Shown piece by piece: positions 9,436 through 20,917 of a stretch of DNA of 64,000 bases. The stretch covers positions 256,001 to 320,000 of the forward strand of contig CAWCNS010000008.1 in assembly GCA_963796965.1 (NCBI GenBank), in the 5' to 3' direction. The position numbers were made by a program, and so were the translations under genes. The first letter of the stretch is position 1. The number at the start of each line of letters is the position of its first letter. The stretch comes from Calditrichia bacterium (lineage in GTDB: Bacteria; Calditrichota; Calditrichia; JAJRVZ01). The notes under the pieces are model-generated. The model made no database searches and was not told the DNA's origin. It saw only the letters and a program-made list of their open reading frames with translations.

Positions 9436-10794
9436 CTATTCCATATTTTCTATACGCAATGGTAAATTAATATTTATCCAGGTTTTATAATCTCCACTAT
9501 AGCCAACTTTATCCTGCAACTTTTTCACTTTAATCAAAACATCACTCACCTTTTCTTTGGATAGAAGCGGTTGTGCCTTTAAGTTGTTCACTCGAGCTTT
9601 TCAATTTTTCTATCTGCATTTTCAATTGCTCTGTCGAAGATTTCCTGATAATCCCCCGGTTGCCAGGCCAGAAACTCATCGATTACCTGCTCCGAAACAC
9701 GTCGACCGTGTAATTGAGATTCCCGTATATTGCCCCGCCCTGTGACCGCATTCCCAAGAGCAAAAACATTATCAAATCCTTTTATCTGACCAGTATCCTG
9801 GTTCTCAATTTCGAAAAACTGGCCTGAATATGGCAGGTTAGCGATTGGCTCTGGCAAACTCCCGATGGCAGAAATAACCAAAGGGCTTTTAACTTCATAT
9901 TCACTATTTACTTTTACCTGTAGTTTACCATCAATAAATTCAGTCCTCTGAAATACCAGACCCGTTAAATTATCCCCTTCGGAGATAGCCTTGATAGGTT
10001 GATGGCAACCGGCGAAACGAAATAGGAATTTTTTTTGGACATTATCCATAATTTTTTGACGTACACGATGGGCTGTTTCTATATCTCTTTCGGTGGGATT
10101 TTCTGGAAGGCTGCTAAGAGGCATATCGGTAAGATCTCGTCTATAATAAAGTGTACATCCTTTTAACTCAAGATCATCATTTGTCAAACCTTGATCTGCC
10201 ATTATTGCCGGTATTCCTCTTTTTTCGATATCCAGAACATTGAGGATCATCCCTTTTTTTTCAAGAGATTTTCGGAAAGTTTCAATCATCAGGATTTTCG
10301 CGACATCGATTGATGCCAACCCTCCGCCAATAATTATCGCATCATCCGATACTTTGTAGTGTGGATCATCAAATCTTGGATCATGGTTTCTATTAAACCA
10401 GGAAACGAAGGCATTTTGATAATAAAACCCATTATTGATAAAATTATCAATATCCTCTATTGCCAGCGGTCTGTCCTTCCAGGCCCCTGTTGCCAGCAAT
10501 ATTGCACTGAAGCCCCATTCTTTCAGCACTGTATTAAAGTCAAGATTTGCACCCAATTTCACCATGGGAATAAAGACTAACCAGGGGGTGTGATAGTTTT
10601 TCATCAATTTTAACTTCTTCCCTGTCACGTAATTTCACATGCCATTTGGGAAGCCCATTTTCAATTTTTCCATAAGGCAGTTTATTCTGCTCAAATACGA
10701 CACAGCGTACTCCTTTTTCACAGAGTTTGCTCGCCGCTTCGGAGCCAGCCACCGCACCTCCAAAAATTGCTACCACATGTCCTGGCTCAATCAT
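9436..10794 (-). CDS. FAD/NAD(P)-dependent oxidoreductase (ferredoxin-NADP reductase/GltD-like), split by two frameshifts
   Basis: VAIFGGAVAGSEAA (10540-10794 piece); LLATGA, IIGGGLASIDVAK, VFALGN (9588-10628 piece); tail ..PLRIENME* ends at 9436. Confidence 0.82.
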
Positions 10795-10863
10795 TTAAAT
10801 CCTTTCCTGCATTATTATTTATATTCATACCACAGAGATGCTGCAATCAAATATTTAAAAACT

Positions 10864-10918
10864 TCTCTCGCGGAGACGCAAAGACGCAGAGAAAAATCTT
10901 TGCGATCTCTGCGTTAAA
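10864..10918. repeat. Intergenic palindrome of cgcaaaga/cgcagaga units
   Basis: ctcgcggagacgcaaagacgcagag ... ctttgcgatctctgcgtt. Confidence 0.7.
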
Positions 10919-11093
10919 TGAGTATATAGTTTGTAAAAACTTTGCTGAAAAACAAAATCTTTGGCTATTATAGCATAAAGTTATAGGTTAAAAGGTAAAG
11001 TTTATCATTTTCCTCTTATTACCTTATACCCTATACCCTATACCCAATATATAGTTTTCTCCTCCGCAGGCGTCTATATTTGAGACATAAGAG

Positions 11094-12575
11094 TTATTCT
11101 ACATAATGATCTATCATCCTGTTAATCGCCTGAAGACAAGCAGCACAAAAGGGTTTTATACCAGTAGAAAACATTATGCAATCCGCCTGTGATCTGTACA
11201 GACCCGTTGCAGAATATCCGGCCCCCTCAAACACACCAACTTTTTTACGATTCGGATCCTTTTCAATAACGGCATCCATTTTATCCGAGGCGGCTTTATT
11301 TTCTTTCGCATATATTTGTTCTGCTTCCCTGATAAGAACTTTTGAAGATTTTTCCCGTTTTAAGGATTCGGTTTTTAAATTGAGCGTTACCCTCAGTTTC
11401 TGCCAACTAAAGTTGATACTGTCATACTCGGATTTAAACCAGGGTGTTGGAATTGCCACATCCTCCGAAAGCAGTGAGGTCCATTTAATATTATCCGGGT
11501 CCAATAATGCTGTAATATTAGGTTCCCGGGGTTCAACCCCTTTTGGATAAAAATCTGCATAGGCAATAGGTGAACTATAATATTCATCGGCAAGACCGGT
11601 AAATGAATGTCCAAATTCATGTGTAAACAGGTATTTCATCCACTGTTCATCAAGTGTAAACGTGCAGAAAAGATTATAAATACCTCCCCCGCCATAGCGG
11701 TGATGGTTAACCATGATATAAATAGCATCATAGGGTACATGTCCCGCCAAATCCCGAACAGATTTATTATCTTCGGTGAGTACATATCTCTCTGAACCCA
11801 TTGAATTAAAGGTTGTACTCAATGTTGTCTGTTTGTAAATACCGGCACGCGGTTCATCAATGCCACTGTCCCTTGACGGTTTTAAAACCGCATAAATGTT
11901 AAAATCGAAAGCACGACTTTTATAGGGCTCCTGCTTGAAGAAAACCTGCTCACACTTTTTTCACATCCTGCTCAAATTTATCTTTTTCTTCTGATGTATA
12001 CCCATCTGCAAGGATAACAACGTCAACCTTTGTATGGGGATCACCACTCGAATGAGGATTCAATATGATAATATTTGGATCGGCGAATTCGCGCCGAATA
12101 ATTTCTGTTGCTTCAGGATTGAGAGTATCTGAGAATAGAACATGTAAATCGTTATACTTGTCCCGCCGCTCGAAAAGAGAGTATGATCTTGTCTTTTGGA
12201 TAGGGAATCAGAACCGACTCATGAAATGTTTTTTTTATACCCCTCAGAGCTGGTCCGCTGCTTTTATATTCTCCAAAATAACTGTCAAATCCCCTTGAGA
12301 AAATCATTCTTCCCGGATAGGGACATCATATATTTTTACATAATAACGACCCTGATCGAATTTATCGAGAAGATTATTTCTGCTACCAGCCCAAATACCA
12401 TATTGATAGATATGGTCCAAGGTGATCAGTCTCACTACTAGCATCACCAACATGATAATAATCAATCCGCATGGTTTTATCGATAAAGTACAGATCAAAA
12501 TCAAGTACATTCTGTGGAGAAAACAGTGAGTGGAATAATCATTAATGAAATAATCATTGTAATATTTTGTATCAT
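11094..12575 (-). CDS. Secreted peptidase M64 (IgA peptidase-like), several frameshifts
   Basis: HEFGHSFTGLADEY, EPREPN, FEGAGY..GLYRSQADCIMF..FCAAC; upstream pieces give a signal peptide (MIQNITM..), KVDVVILADGY and DSGIDEPR. Confidence 0.88.
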
Positions 12576-12598
12576 AAATTCCTCCATAAAATTCTTTT

Positions 12599-12685
12599 TA
12601 AACGCAAAGACGCAGAGGAACGCAAATTTTCGCAAAGTTATCAGTACTTCTGTTTCTCTGCGCTCTCTGCCCGCTCTGCGTTTAG
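12599..12685. repeat. Intergenic palindrome of cgcaaag/cgcagag units
   Basis: aaacgcaaagacgcagaggaacgcaaattttcgcaaag ... ctctgcgctctctgcccgctctgcgttta. Confidence 0.7.
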
Positions 12686-13006
12686 ATAATTTGTAATCAA
12701 AATTCAAATTCAAAAATGAGTCAGATCCAAAATAACATTCTTTGATCAGCCCTTAATCATAAGGAATATTGTATAACTCATTCGATGGAATAATGAAAAA
12801 CTATTTCTAAATTGCACATTCAAAAGTATACATAATAATTAACAGGTATTTCACGAGAATGCCAAAATATATTTATCTCTAAAATGATAGTCAAGTTGAC
12901 TCAACCCATGGAGACTATTAAATTTAGACATCACGCTGTTTATCTCCGCCTGTTATTTACTGGAAAACATTTAATAATAATATAAATCAATTAAAGTGAG
13001 GTAATC

Positions 13007-13845
13007 ATGAACAAGAAACAATTGTTTTCCATTTTATTAATCCTGAATATTTTTGTCAGCCAGGCTATTTCTCAACCTCAATATCCAACCATAAGTCCGA
13101 GAGCCAGCGTATCTCAAAAAGTTGGAATCACGGATATTACCGTTCAATATCACCGTCCTGGTGTAAAAGGTCGTTTAATTTGGGGTGAACAGGTTCCTTT
13201 CGATAAACTTTGGCAGGCTGGTGCCAACAATGCAACAACTATTGAGTTTTCAACAGAAGTCATCATTAATGGCACAAAAGTCCCTGCCGGAAAATACAGT
13301 TTTTTTATTCTCCTGGAAGAAAGCAAAAAAGCGGCAACTCTTATACTTAATAAAAATGCTAATTTGTGGTGCACTTCAGGTTATAAAGAAGAAGATGACA
13401 TATTCGTGTATCGGTTAAGCCTGAATATCTGGAACACCAGGAATGGTTAATATACACATTCACAAATATTAAGAAAGACTTCGCTAATCTGTCCATGCAC
13501 TGGGAAGATTTTTCGGTTAGTCTGCCGATCAATGTTGAAACGGATAGACTTGTTTTAGAAGGGGCGAGAAAGGCAAAAGGCTGGCGTGAGAAAATGAATG
13601 CTGCAAGGTACTGTCTTGAGAATGATGTTGCCATGGATGAAGGTGTAAAATGGATAAATGAATCAGTATCTGAAGAAAGTAATTTTTCAAATCTAAGCAT
13701 CCAAGCACAAATTCTGAAAAAAGAAGGAAATGGTGACAAGGCGATAAAAGTAATGGAAGAAGCGATTGCAAAAGGTAAAGCAAAGGAGAAAAAACCTTCT
13801 TATTTGGGCGACATGGAAGAAATGCTAAAAGAGTGGAAGAAATAG
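13007..13845 (+). CDS. DUF2911 family exported protein with TPR-like C-terminus, frameshift near 13415
   Basis: SPRASVSQKVG, YHRPGVKGR.IWG..VPF..LWQAGAN.ATTI.FS, VPAGKYS; continues into the 13495-13845 ORF. Confidence 0.85.
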
Positions 13846-13917
13846 AAAAGTGAATATTCAATAGACAACACGGAATAGTCAATTTAGAAGTCAAACGTCA
13901 AAAGTGAAACGTGAAAT

Positions 13918-13950
13918 GTAGGGGCAGACCGATGAGTCTGTCCTTTTTTA
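13918..13950 (+). terminator. GTAG-type REP hairpin, probably also the terminator of the DUF2911 gene
   Basis: GTAGGGGCAGAC-CGATGA-GTCTGTCCT followed by a T run. Confidence 0.6.
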
Positions 13951-14043
13951 TTGTTGGAAATTGGGATTTCAATTGACATTTCGGTTTTGTCATTTGTAAG
14001 AGATAATTGTTTAAGTATTACAAAGCATGGCACTTGGAATTTT

Positions 14044-14125
14044 AATATCCAATATCCAACAGCGAATTTCCAAGCGATAAAATAATTGAACTTTGGATAT
14101 TGATCATTGAGTATTGGATATTGAA
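14044..14125. repeat. Palindrome of 7-bp tandem units (aatatcc)n ... (ttggata)n
   Basis: aatatcc aatatcc aacagcg aatttcc ... ttggata ttgatca ttgagta ttggata. Confidence 0.65.
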
Positions 14126-14130
14126 TCTTT

Positions 14131-14165
14131 AAAATAAAAAACCCTCGTCTTGGGGAGACGAGGGT
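14131..14165 (-). terminator. Rho-independent terminator
   Basis: Perfect 10-bp stem ACCCTCGTCT/AGACGAGGGT with an A run on the left (U tail on the minus strand). Confidence 0.7.
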
Positions 14166-14284
14166 GGGCTTGGGAAATAGATATAAATGTGGGATGTTTA
14201 AATTAGATTATCGTAAATTCTCCCAAATACTTTAGCAATATTTTATGATTCAAATAAAAAAAGAGTTTTAATAGTATTTTAATG

Positions 14285-15154
14285 TTATTTAGATTCTGAT
14301 TGTAAGTTTTCTTCCTGATAAATTCTCATCTCAGATTCCTGATCACTTTCCAATCCCTGGACAATTTCATTTTCCAGTGAATCCCAATTGATGACTGTAA
14401 TTATATTTAATGAATCAATTATCATCATGCCTTTTTCAATCATCGGTTGAGCCAGAATCTTTAGTTTAAGCATATTTTTTCTCGCATCATCTTCATGTCC
14501 GATTGCTTCCAATTCAACCTCAATTTTTTCAAGATCTTTTTGCAGACTCTCAGCCATATTATCTATCCACACGATTCTTTTTTGTTCTTCAAGGCGGTGG
14601 AGGACTTCTTCTTTTTCCAATTTTTCCCGGACACGGCTATCTATGATAACATTTAATTGTTCATCCACCCTGTATTCCATATCCGGGGTTCTATTTATAA
14701 TCACTCTTTTTTCTCTCAATTTTTTATCCAGATCATGAACCGCCCCAAGGCGTTCATTTAATCTCTCCCATTCCTGTGGTGAGGGTTTGGGAGCATCACC
14801 TGCTGGAGATGACGGTGGAACAATAGAACTTATAGCAATTTCGATCAACGCCTCTGCTTCAATTGTGCTTAGTGTATCTTTACTATTGCTTAAATTGATG
14901 ATCGCTGCGGCAACTCTTTCAACATTTTCTGGCTTTATCTTTTTTTCTTTTACTTTTTCTTTAAAATTATCATATACAGCCGCTAATGCTTCTTTCTCAT
15001 CGTCCTGGGGAACCATTGCCATTAATTTTTCACCGAGGGCATCCAGATAAAACCCTACTCCATCCTTGGGCATTTCCTTTACAAACCAATAACTTGCCAC
15101 CGCTATAATTATACCCAGACTGAGAATTAAACCGTAATCTCTTTTTGGCTTCAT
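14285..15154 (-). CDS. Hypothetical N-terminally membrane-anchored coiled-coil protein
   Basis: 289-aa ORF, one N-terminal TM helix, charged helical remainder. Confidence 0.75.
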   Translation of the reverse strand: MKPKRDYGLILSLGIIIAVASYWFVKEMPKDGVGFYLDALGEKLMAMVPQDDEKEALAAVYDNFKEKVKEKKIKPENVERVAAAIINLSNSKDTLSTIEAEALIEIAISSIVPPSSPAGDAPKPSPQEWERLNERLGAVHDLDKKLREKRVIINRTPDMEYRVDEQLNVIIDSRVREKLEKEEVLHRLEEQKRIVWIDNMAESLQKDLEKIEVELEAIGHEDDARKNMLKLKILAQPMIEKGMMIIDSLNIITVINWDSLENEIVQGLESDQESEMRIYQEENLQSESK

Positions 15155-15463
15155 ATTGCTCTCTGCTTTTAATTAATCCTGTATAGATATTGAAAGGATC
15201 TTTGTTAACTTTTCATGACTCCGCTATAAATTCTAACTAATTCTGCCAGAACATTCCACTTATATCGAAAGTCTCATGCATAACAACCTATCAAATGGTA
15301 ATAACGTATAATATTTTAGATTTGTTTCAGATTGCCAAAATTAATTTAAACCCGCCTAAGGGTAACTTGACAGGATCACACAATTCTTATATCTTTCTAC
15401 TAAATTAAATATTTATTAAAAGTATATTCCACCGGATTGTGACTTTTTATTGAGAGAATTGGG

Positions 15464-16222
15464 ATGACCATTCCACTACAAAGCGGACTCATTTACGGAC
15501 CTGTGAACTCCAGACGTCTTGGACGTTCCCTGGGAGTAAATATTGTATCCACTAAAATTAAAACGTGTACCCTCAACTGTGTATATTGTCAGTATGGTTT
15601 GAGACGTCTCTCTGATGAAGAATTAAACAATATTCAATGGTATCCTCCAAAACGGAAAATTACAGAAAAATTAGAAAAAGTTCTCCCCCATTTAACACCC
15701 CCACCATCCTTTTTGACATTTTCAGGAAATGGTGAAGCTACCCTACATCCTGAATTTCCGGAAATTGTTGAAGCAGTTCTTGAAATCCGTAATAAATTTG
15801 TTCCAGAAACTTCCGTCACGATCCTCTCTAATTCATCTACGGTTGGAAAACCCCGCATCAGGAAAACTTTAGCGCTGTTAGATAAAAGGATCATGAAATT
15901 AGATTGTGGAAATGAAGAAAATTTTCATCGGTATAACCAACCTATTATGAGCGTAAATTTTGATGATATTCTTCAGGGATTAGAGAAAATGGAGGATGTC
16001 ACCATACAGGCTCTATTTGCTGGTGGAAACGGGGGAAATTATAATCAAGAAAATATTGAAGACTGGCTTACAAAGATCGAAAAAATATCGCCATCGGATG
16101 TCCAGATCTACTCTCTGGACAGGCCATATCCATCAAAACTAATCTCTCCTCTCAATACGGAACAGCTGATTGAGATATGTAACCGGGTTACTGCCATGGG
16201 CATTTCCGCTCACGTTTATTAA
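15464..16222 (+). CDS. Radical SAM protein (GPVxSRRLG family)
   Basis: YGPVNSRRLGRSLGVN, CTLNCVYC, TFSGNGEATLHP, VQIYSLDRP. Confidence 0.92.
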   Translation: MTIPLQSGLIYGPVNSRRLGRSLGVNIVSTKIKTCTLNCVYCQYGLRRLSDEELNNIQWYPPKRKITEKLEKVLPHLTPPPSFLTFSGNGEATLHPEFPEIVEAVLEIRNKFVPETSVTILSNSSTVGKPRIRKTLALLDKRIMKLDCGNEENFHRYNQPIMSVNFDDILQGLEKMEDVTIQALFAGGNGGNYNQENIEDWLTKIEKISPSDVQIYSLDRPYPSKLISPLNTEQLIEICNRVTAMGISAHVY

Positions 16223-16234
16223 CAACGAAAGAAT

Positions 16235-16348
16235 AAACACAAAGACCACAAAGAATCCTAAGGAGCAATAAATACAGAATTTTGGATATGGATATTAATT
16301 ATTTGAAATCTTTGGGACCTTTGAGATCCCTCTGAGTACTTTGTGTTT
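16235..16348. repeat. Intergenic palindrome of cacaaag units between convergent genes
   Basis: aaacacaaagaccacaaagaatcctaag ... ctttgggacctttgagatccctctgagtactttgtgttt. Confidence 0.65.
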
Positions 16349-16380
16349 CAAAAATTATCAGATTTATTAGACAGAGGATT

Positions 16381-16959
16381 TCAAGTTTTATAAAAATCCT
16401 TTTCTTTAAACTTTTGCCAGAATTGAGGCACCCTCGAAAGGGCGGACAGGGCTAATCCATGATTGAATTGTCCGGTTGCTATCATATCTCGCAAAGTCTC
16501 AAAAGAAACTTTTTCAACCAAAATGTCTTCTCCCGGATCCAAATCGGGTTCCGTTGTTTTCTCGACATTAAGAGCCAGCCAGTGATAACAAAGATTGTCA
16601 TGGAACGCAGGATTAGGTTCAATTGAGCCCAGAGAAATCCATGTAGCACTCGTATGACCGGTTTCTTCCCTTAACTCTCTCATCGCGGCTATTTTTGAGT
16701 CTTCTCCTTCATCAATAAGACCTCCAGGAATCTCCGCTGTTATTTTTTCCGTACCAAATCGATATTGCTTAACCAGCACTATTTGATTGTCCCGGGTTAT
16801 GGGGACCACATTTACCCAGGGTGGTGTCTCAAGGACCAGTCGATCCATCACTTCATTTGTCCTTGGATTTTCAGTTGTATCCCAGCGTGCCTTAAAGATT
16901 TTTAAGTCATGCGCAACATGAGAGTTAAGTTTTTTCCAATTCTTTAATGCTTTATTCAT
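16381..16959 (-). CDS. NUDIX hydrolase (ADP-ribose pyrophosphatase-like)
   Basis: Nudix box GGLIDEGEDSKIAAMRELREETG; VKQYR and LDPGEDI motifs. Confidence 0.93.
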   Translation of the reverse strand: MNKALKNWKKLNSHVAHDLKIFKARWDTTENPRTNEVMDRLVLETPPWVNVVPITRDNQIVLVKQYRFGTEKITAEIPGGLIDEGEDSKIAAMRELREETGHTSATWISLGSIEPNPAFHDNLCYHWLALNVEKTTEPDLDPGEDILVEKVSFETLRDMIATGQFNHGLALSALSRVPQFWQKFKEKDFYKT

Positions 16960-17125
16960 ATTATTTCTTTTCTGCCTATATTAATTGAATATGGGATATG
17001 GGATATGGGATACAAATTTCAATAAGTTAAGTCAGTTCATTCTCAGGTCAAGATTTTTTTTAAAGGTTATAATACCCTTATCCAGGTATCTCAAATCTCT
17101 GATATCGAGGAGCAGGCATCCTGTA

Positions 17126-17788
17126 TCATTTGAGAATATTACCTCGTTTGTCAATTCGCCTTTCTTCACCATCTATCACAACTATAGCTTTTTCATTTTC
17201 AAAATTATATGCGACATCAAATGTGGCAGGAATGGCGATATTGCCCTGCTTATCGATATACCCCCACTTTCCGCCAAACAATTGCGTATGCTCACCTTGC
17301 AACCTGGTTGAACATGAAACACAGAAGGCAGCCAATCCCTCCGAAAAAGGTCTGACGAATTCAAACTGTGCTTTGATTTGAATTTCACCACCCGTATTTA
17401 TAAATCCGATTTTTTTATGGTCTAAATAACGGGAAAGACCTTCAATAAAATAGTCAGGGCCATTATCATAGATAAACGGTCTGCGCACTTTTTTTCCTCG
17501 GGTATCAATATACACCCACCCCGAATCATCAACCACAGGGGCAATACCATGTCCATTAAAAGACAAAGCCATCACAAATATTGTATCAATTACCAAAACA
17601 CCCTTCTCATCAGTAAAGCCCCATTTACCATTAATCTCTATAGGATTATAAGGTTGTGAATATCCTAAATTCATTTCAAAAGTGATTAAAAAAAATAAAG
17701 TCAAATATAAAAGGGCTTTAAGGAAAGCGTTACTGAGAAAATGAATGCAAGTAATTTTAAATTTTTTGGACATAATCTTCTTTTCCAA
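17126..17788 (-). CDS. WG-repeat exported protein
   Basis: KWGFTDEKG, KIGFINTGG, PFSEGLA, KWGYIDKQG repeats. Confidence 0.88.
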   Translation of the reverse strand: MEKKIMSKKFKITCIHFLSNAFLKALLYLTLFFLITFEMNLGYSQPYNPIEINGKWGFTDEKGVLVIDTIFVMALSFNGHGIAPVVDDSGWVYIDTRGKKVRRPFIYDNGPDYFIEGLSRYLDHKKIGFINTGGEIQIKAQFEFVRPFSEGLAAFCVSCSTRLQGEHTQLFGGKWGYIDKQGNIAIPATFDVAYNFENEKAIVVIDGEERRIDKRGNILK

Positions 17789-17910
17789 TCACTTCGCAAA
17801 TACACTATAGAAGCATAAAGACCAAGGACATTAGGGGTAACAAAAAATGTATTTTGTGCTCACAGACTCATACACCTATGCCTTGGCGAGACAAATCATT
17901 TATAATATTA

Positions 17911-18354
17911 CTAAAGAGCTAAGGATTCGTTTGCCTTTTCGGGGATCTCTATAAGAATTCGATCTTCACCGTTTTCTTTTCGTTTTTTATTGCTCCGCCA
18001 GGCCAGCAAACCAAACCATCTCACCGCAAAATAGATAATGCGACGCAAGATTGGCCCCACATCCAGCACAATCATCCCCTCGAGAAAGATCTCATCAGAT
18101 CTTTTACGGGTATAGTATTGTTTCCAATAGCAGAAATCATGTACAACTGCTGCATTGCCATATTTACCCCAACGGGGAATAATACCCCATAAAAGTCTGG
18201 GGACACTGGCAAAATCTGTTTTAAAACCCAGGGGAACACTTATCGTCTCTCCACTCCCCTCTCCACCCACATCATAACCAAAATCACTGCGAATAATCCA
18301 GCGTTTTCCATCAGACATTGGCGAAACGATCAGTATATTGGTAAAATTACTCAT
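17911..18354 (-). CDS. DUF1353 family protein
   Basis: VPLGFKTDFASVPR, AAVVHDFCY, RKRSDEIF, AVRWFG. Confidence 0.85.
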   Translation of the reverse strand: MSNFTNILIVSPMSDGKRWIIRSDFGYDVGGEGSGETISVPLGFKTDFASVPRLLWGIIPRWGKYGNAAVVHDFCYWKQYYTRKRSDEIFLEGMIVLDVGPILRRIIYFAVRWFGLLAWRSNKKRKENGEDRILIEIPEKANESLAL

Positions 18355-18899
18355 TTTAAATACCTTCCTTCTTCAATATACGGTCTAAACCGCTCAAATA
18401 AAAAGTGATACCAAACAGATTCAATTGTCTGGGGTAATCCCTCTTCAGTTTCACCAAAGAAGTGGGCTGAGAATTTCAGGTAAGTTGAATCTGATCCAAT
18501 TGGTTCAAACTCATAGGTATACACAGATTTAACTGCTCTACCTGATAATCCCAAAGGCCCGTCAAAGCGGAAAAGTTTCCCTCGATCGGCGACAATAACC
18601 GTTGCATGCAAAACACCATCGCCGCTTTCATCGAATATTTCATAAAAACCGCCACCTGGGCGGGCCTCAATAAAAAATTTTGCGGGTTTATCAGAAAAAG
18701 AATGATCCCACCATGCACTAATATCACCTGTGATGGCATCATAAATTGTTTCCGGGGCAGCTGGAAGCAGAATAGCATGATCAATAGCGAAACAGTTGAA
18801 TGATAACTGTTTAATGCCGGCTAATAATTGGCTCTTGGATAAAGGAAATATCAATATAAACAGCAGACATACCTGAAATTTTATTTTAGATTGACACAT
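18351..18899 (-). CDS. SRPBCC/AHSA1-like exported protein
   Basis: PETIYDAITGDISAWWDHSFS, ARPGGGFYE, GPLGLSG. Confidence 0.78.
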   Translation of the reverse strand: MCQSKIKFQVCLLFILIFPLSKSQLLAGIKQLSFNCFAIDHAILLPAAPETIYDAITGDISAWWDHSFSDKPAKFFIEARPGGGFYEIFDESGDGVLHATVIVADRGKLFRFDGPLGLSGRAVKSVYTYEFEPIGSDSTYLKFSAHFFGETEEGLPQTIESVWYHFLFERFRPYIEEGRYLK

Positions 18900-19241
18900 A
18901 ATATCCTCCTCAATTCAGAATCCGGGTTCCAATCTTTATGAATTCCAAATATTAATCAACAGGAGGGCAAGCCGCAACTTCTCATCAGAAAAAAAACTAA
19001 ATTGAATCTTATGGAATGATTTACGAATATGAATTTTTTAAATATCTGAGGGGATTAATTTAAGGATAATGGTAGTTTTGCAGGCAAGTGAAATCTTAAT
19101 ACGGTCAATATCATTCTTAATAATTTTAAGTGATCCATCATGCTTCCAAATATAATAGGTATAATTTGCATCCTGCGTATTTGGGCTACCCAGACCAACC
19201 CTTCTGGCAAAATCAGAAGGTAACTCAAGATCAAATTGGGA

Positions 19242-20693
19242 TCATATTGCCTTAAGACGCGCTAATTGCTTTTCAGCACGATTGCGAAGGAGGACGTATT
19301 GAACAGTTGCCAAGCCATTATACTTAATAAGATTTTCAAAATTCTCAATAGCGGATTTGTTGTTCTCAAGGGCCACATGTGTTATTCCGAGCCAGTACAT
19401 ACTCATTGGATCTTGTAAATCTGTTTTTTCAAATTGAGCCAGGGCCATCTCATATTCTTTACCTGAGAAGGCAATAACGCCTTTAAGCAAATTCAGGACC
19501 TTTTCCCTATTCTCATATCTATCCCCCGCAATTAAGGAGGCATAATTTTCTGAAGATTTCGTTGCCTCTTCAATGTGGCCCATCTTGGCTTCTATGTAGG
19601 TGTTATAGATATAATATACCCGCTCCAAATTATTTTTTATTTCCTGCGGTAATACAGACATTTTTAAATATTTATATCCCTCATCGACAGTTTCTTTCGC
19701 TTTATCTAATTGACCAAATTCATAATAAACCAAAGATTTCAGATAATAATTCCTGATAACACCAACACTATTTGAATTGTTAATCGATATATCCGTTATA
19801 ACATCGATTTCCTCAATTCCCTTATCAAGATTACTTTCAGCCAGATAAGCGATAGCACATCCATAATGGGCCCGCGTTACTTGATCATCGGTTACAGCAA
19901 TTTTTGATAGTCGCTTAAGCTGATTTCTGGCCTTACCAAATTCACGCATATATATAAGATTTGATGCAAGCCCAAAATGAGAGGGAGTAAAATCGGGATC
20001 AATTTCTAAGGCTTTCTGGTAGGTTTCCATTGAGACATCAAATTCACCCATCTTTAAAAGAAGTTCCGCATAAGAATCATAGGGATTAGGATCATCCGGA
20101 ATAAGGGTAATGTACTTTTTAAAGGATTCTTCAGCAGCGGGAAAATTGTTCTGATAGCGATAGGTATAGCCCATCTGATTGTAAGGTGTTGAATATTCAG
20201 GATTTATAGAAATAGCACGTTTATAATAGACCATCGATTTGTCAAATTTATGGCGTTCGAAATAAAAATTACCCAATTCACCCACAAGACGTTCATCCTT
20301 CGGGTACATCTCAACCAGCTCCTGGAGATACTTTTCACGTTTTTTTTCGTCACCATGGAAATTAGAATAGTTAGCAAGAATATAAATTCGCTCTCCTTCG
20401 GATACACCATCCGCATGAGATCTGGATCTTTCAATATAATCAAATCTTTTACTCAGATCCGGTTGAACAAATGAAAGAAAAAGCCAGGCAAGCGCAAAAG
20501 AAGAATCAAGTTCAACAGCCTTTTCAAAATAAGTTTTGGAATCTTCTAATCTGACTCTTTCAACTAAATCCCTACCTTGAAGAAAACTAGCCAATGCTTC
20601 TTCACTATTGGTTGTGATACTCATTTTATCACTACCACAACCAATAATAAGCAGGGTTCCAGCAACTATAAATGTTGTAATAATTAAACGCAT
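19242..20693 (-). CDS. TPR-repeat lipoprotein
   Basis: Lipobox IIGC; ITTNSEEALASFLQG; multiple TPR motifs (NPYDSYAELL). Confidence 0.88.
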   Translation of the reverse strand: MRLIITTFIVAGTLLIIGCGSDKMSITTNSEEALASFLQGRDLVERVRLEDSKTYFEKAVELDSSFALAWLFLSFVQPDLSKRFDYIERSRSHADGVSEGERIYILANYSNFHGDEKKREKYLQELVEMYPKDERLVGELGNFYFERHKFDKSMVYYKRAISINPEYSTPYNQMGYTYRYQNNFPAAEESFKKYITLIPDDPNPYDSYAELLLKMGEFDVSMETYQKALEIDPDFTPSHFGLASNLIYMREFGKARNQLKRLSKIAVTDDQVTRAHYGCAIAYLAESNLDKGIEEIDVITDISINNSNSVGVIRNYYLKSLVYYEFGQLDKAKETVDEGYKYLKMSVLPQEIKNNLERVYYIYNTYIEAKMGHIEEATKSSENYASLIAGDRYENREKVLNLLKGVIAFSGKEYEMALAQFEKTDLQDPMSMYWLGITHVALENNKSAIENFENLIKYNGLATVQYVLLRNRAEKQLARLKAI

Positions 20694-20917
20694 ATTTTCT
20701 TACATCCCGATTCTTTAAAAATCATTCATTCTTAGTTCTAATTGGAAATACGTCTACAACTCGGACATAGTTCCAATTTAATATATATCTTTTTGAATAT
20801 GAGAAGCCAGGTCCATATACTGATTACAAAAACGCAATTAGTTACGTTTTTATATACCAATAGGTACTCTACGTAAGAATTCTGAAAAAGATTCAAAAAA
20901 TAAAATAATTAATATTT

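Noticed and set aside
17911..18354. Prophage remnant suggested by DUF1353
   Set aside because: No other phage genes nearby, and it is translationally coupled to an SRPBCC gene.
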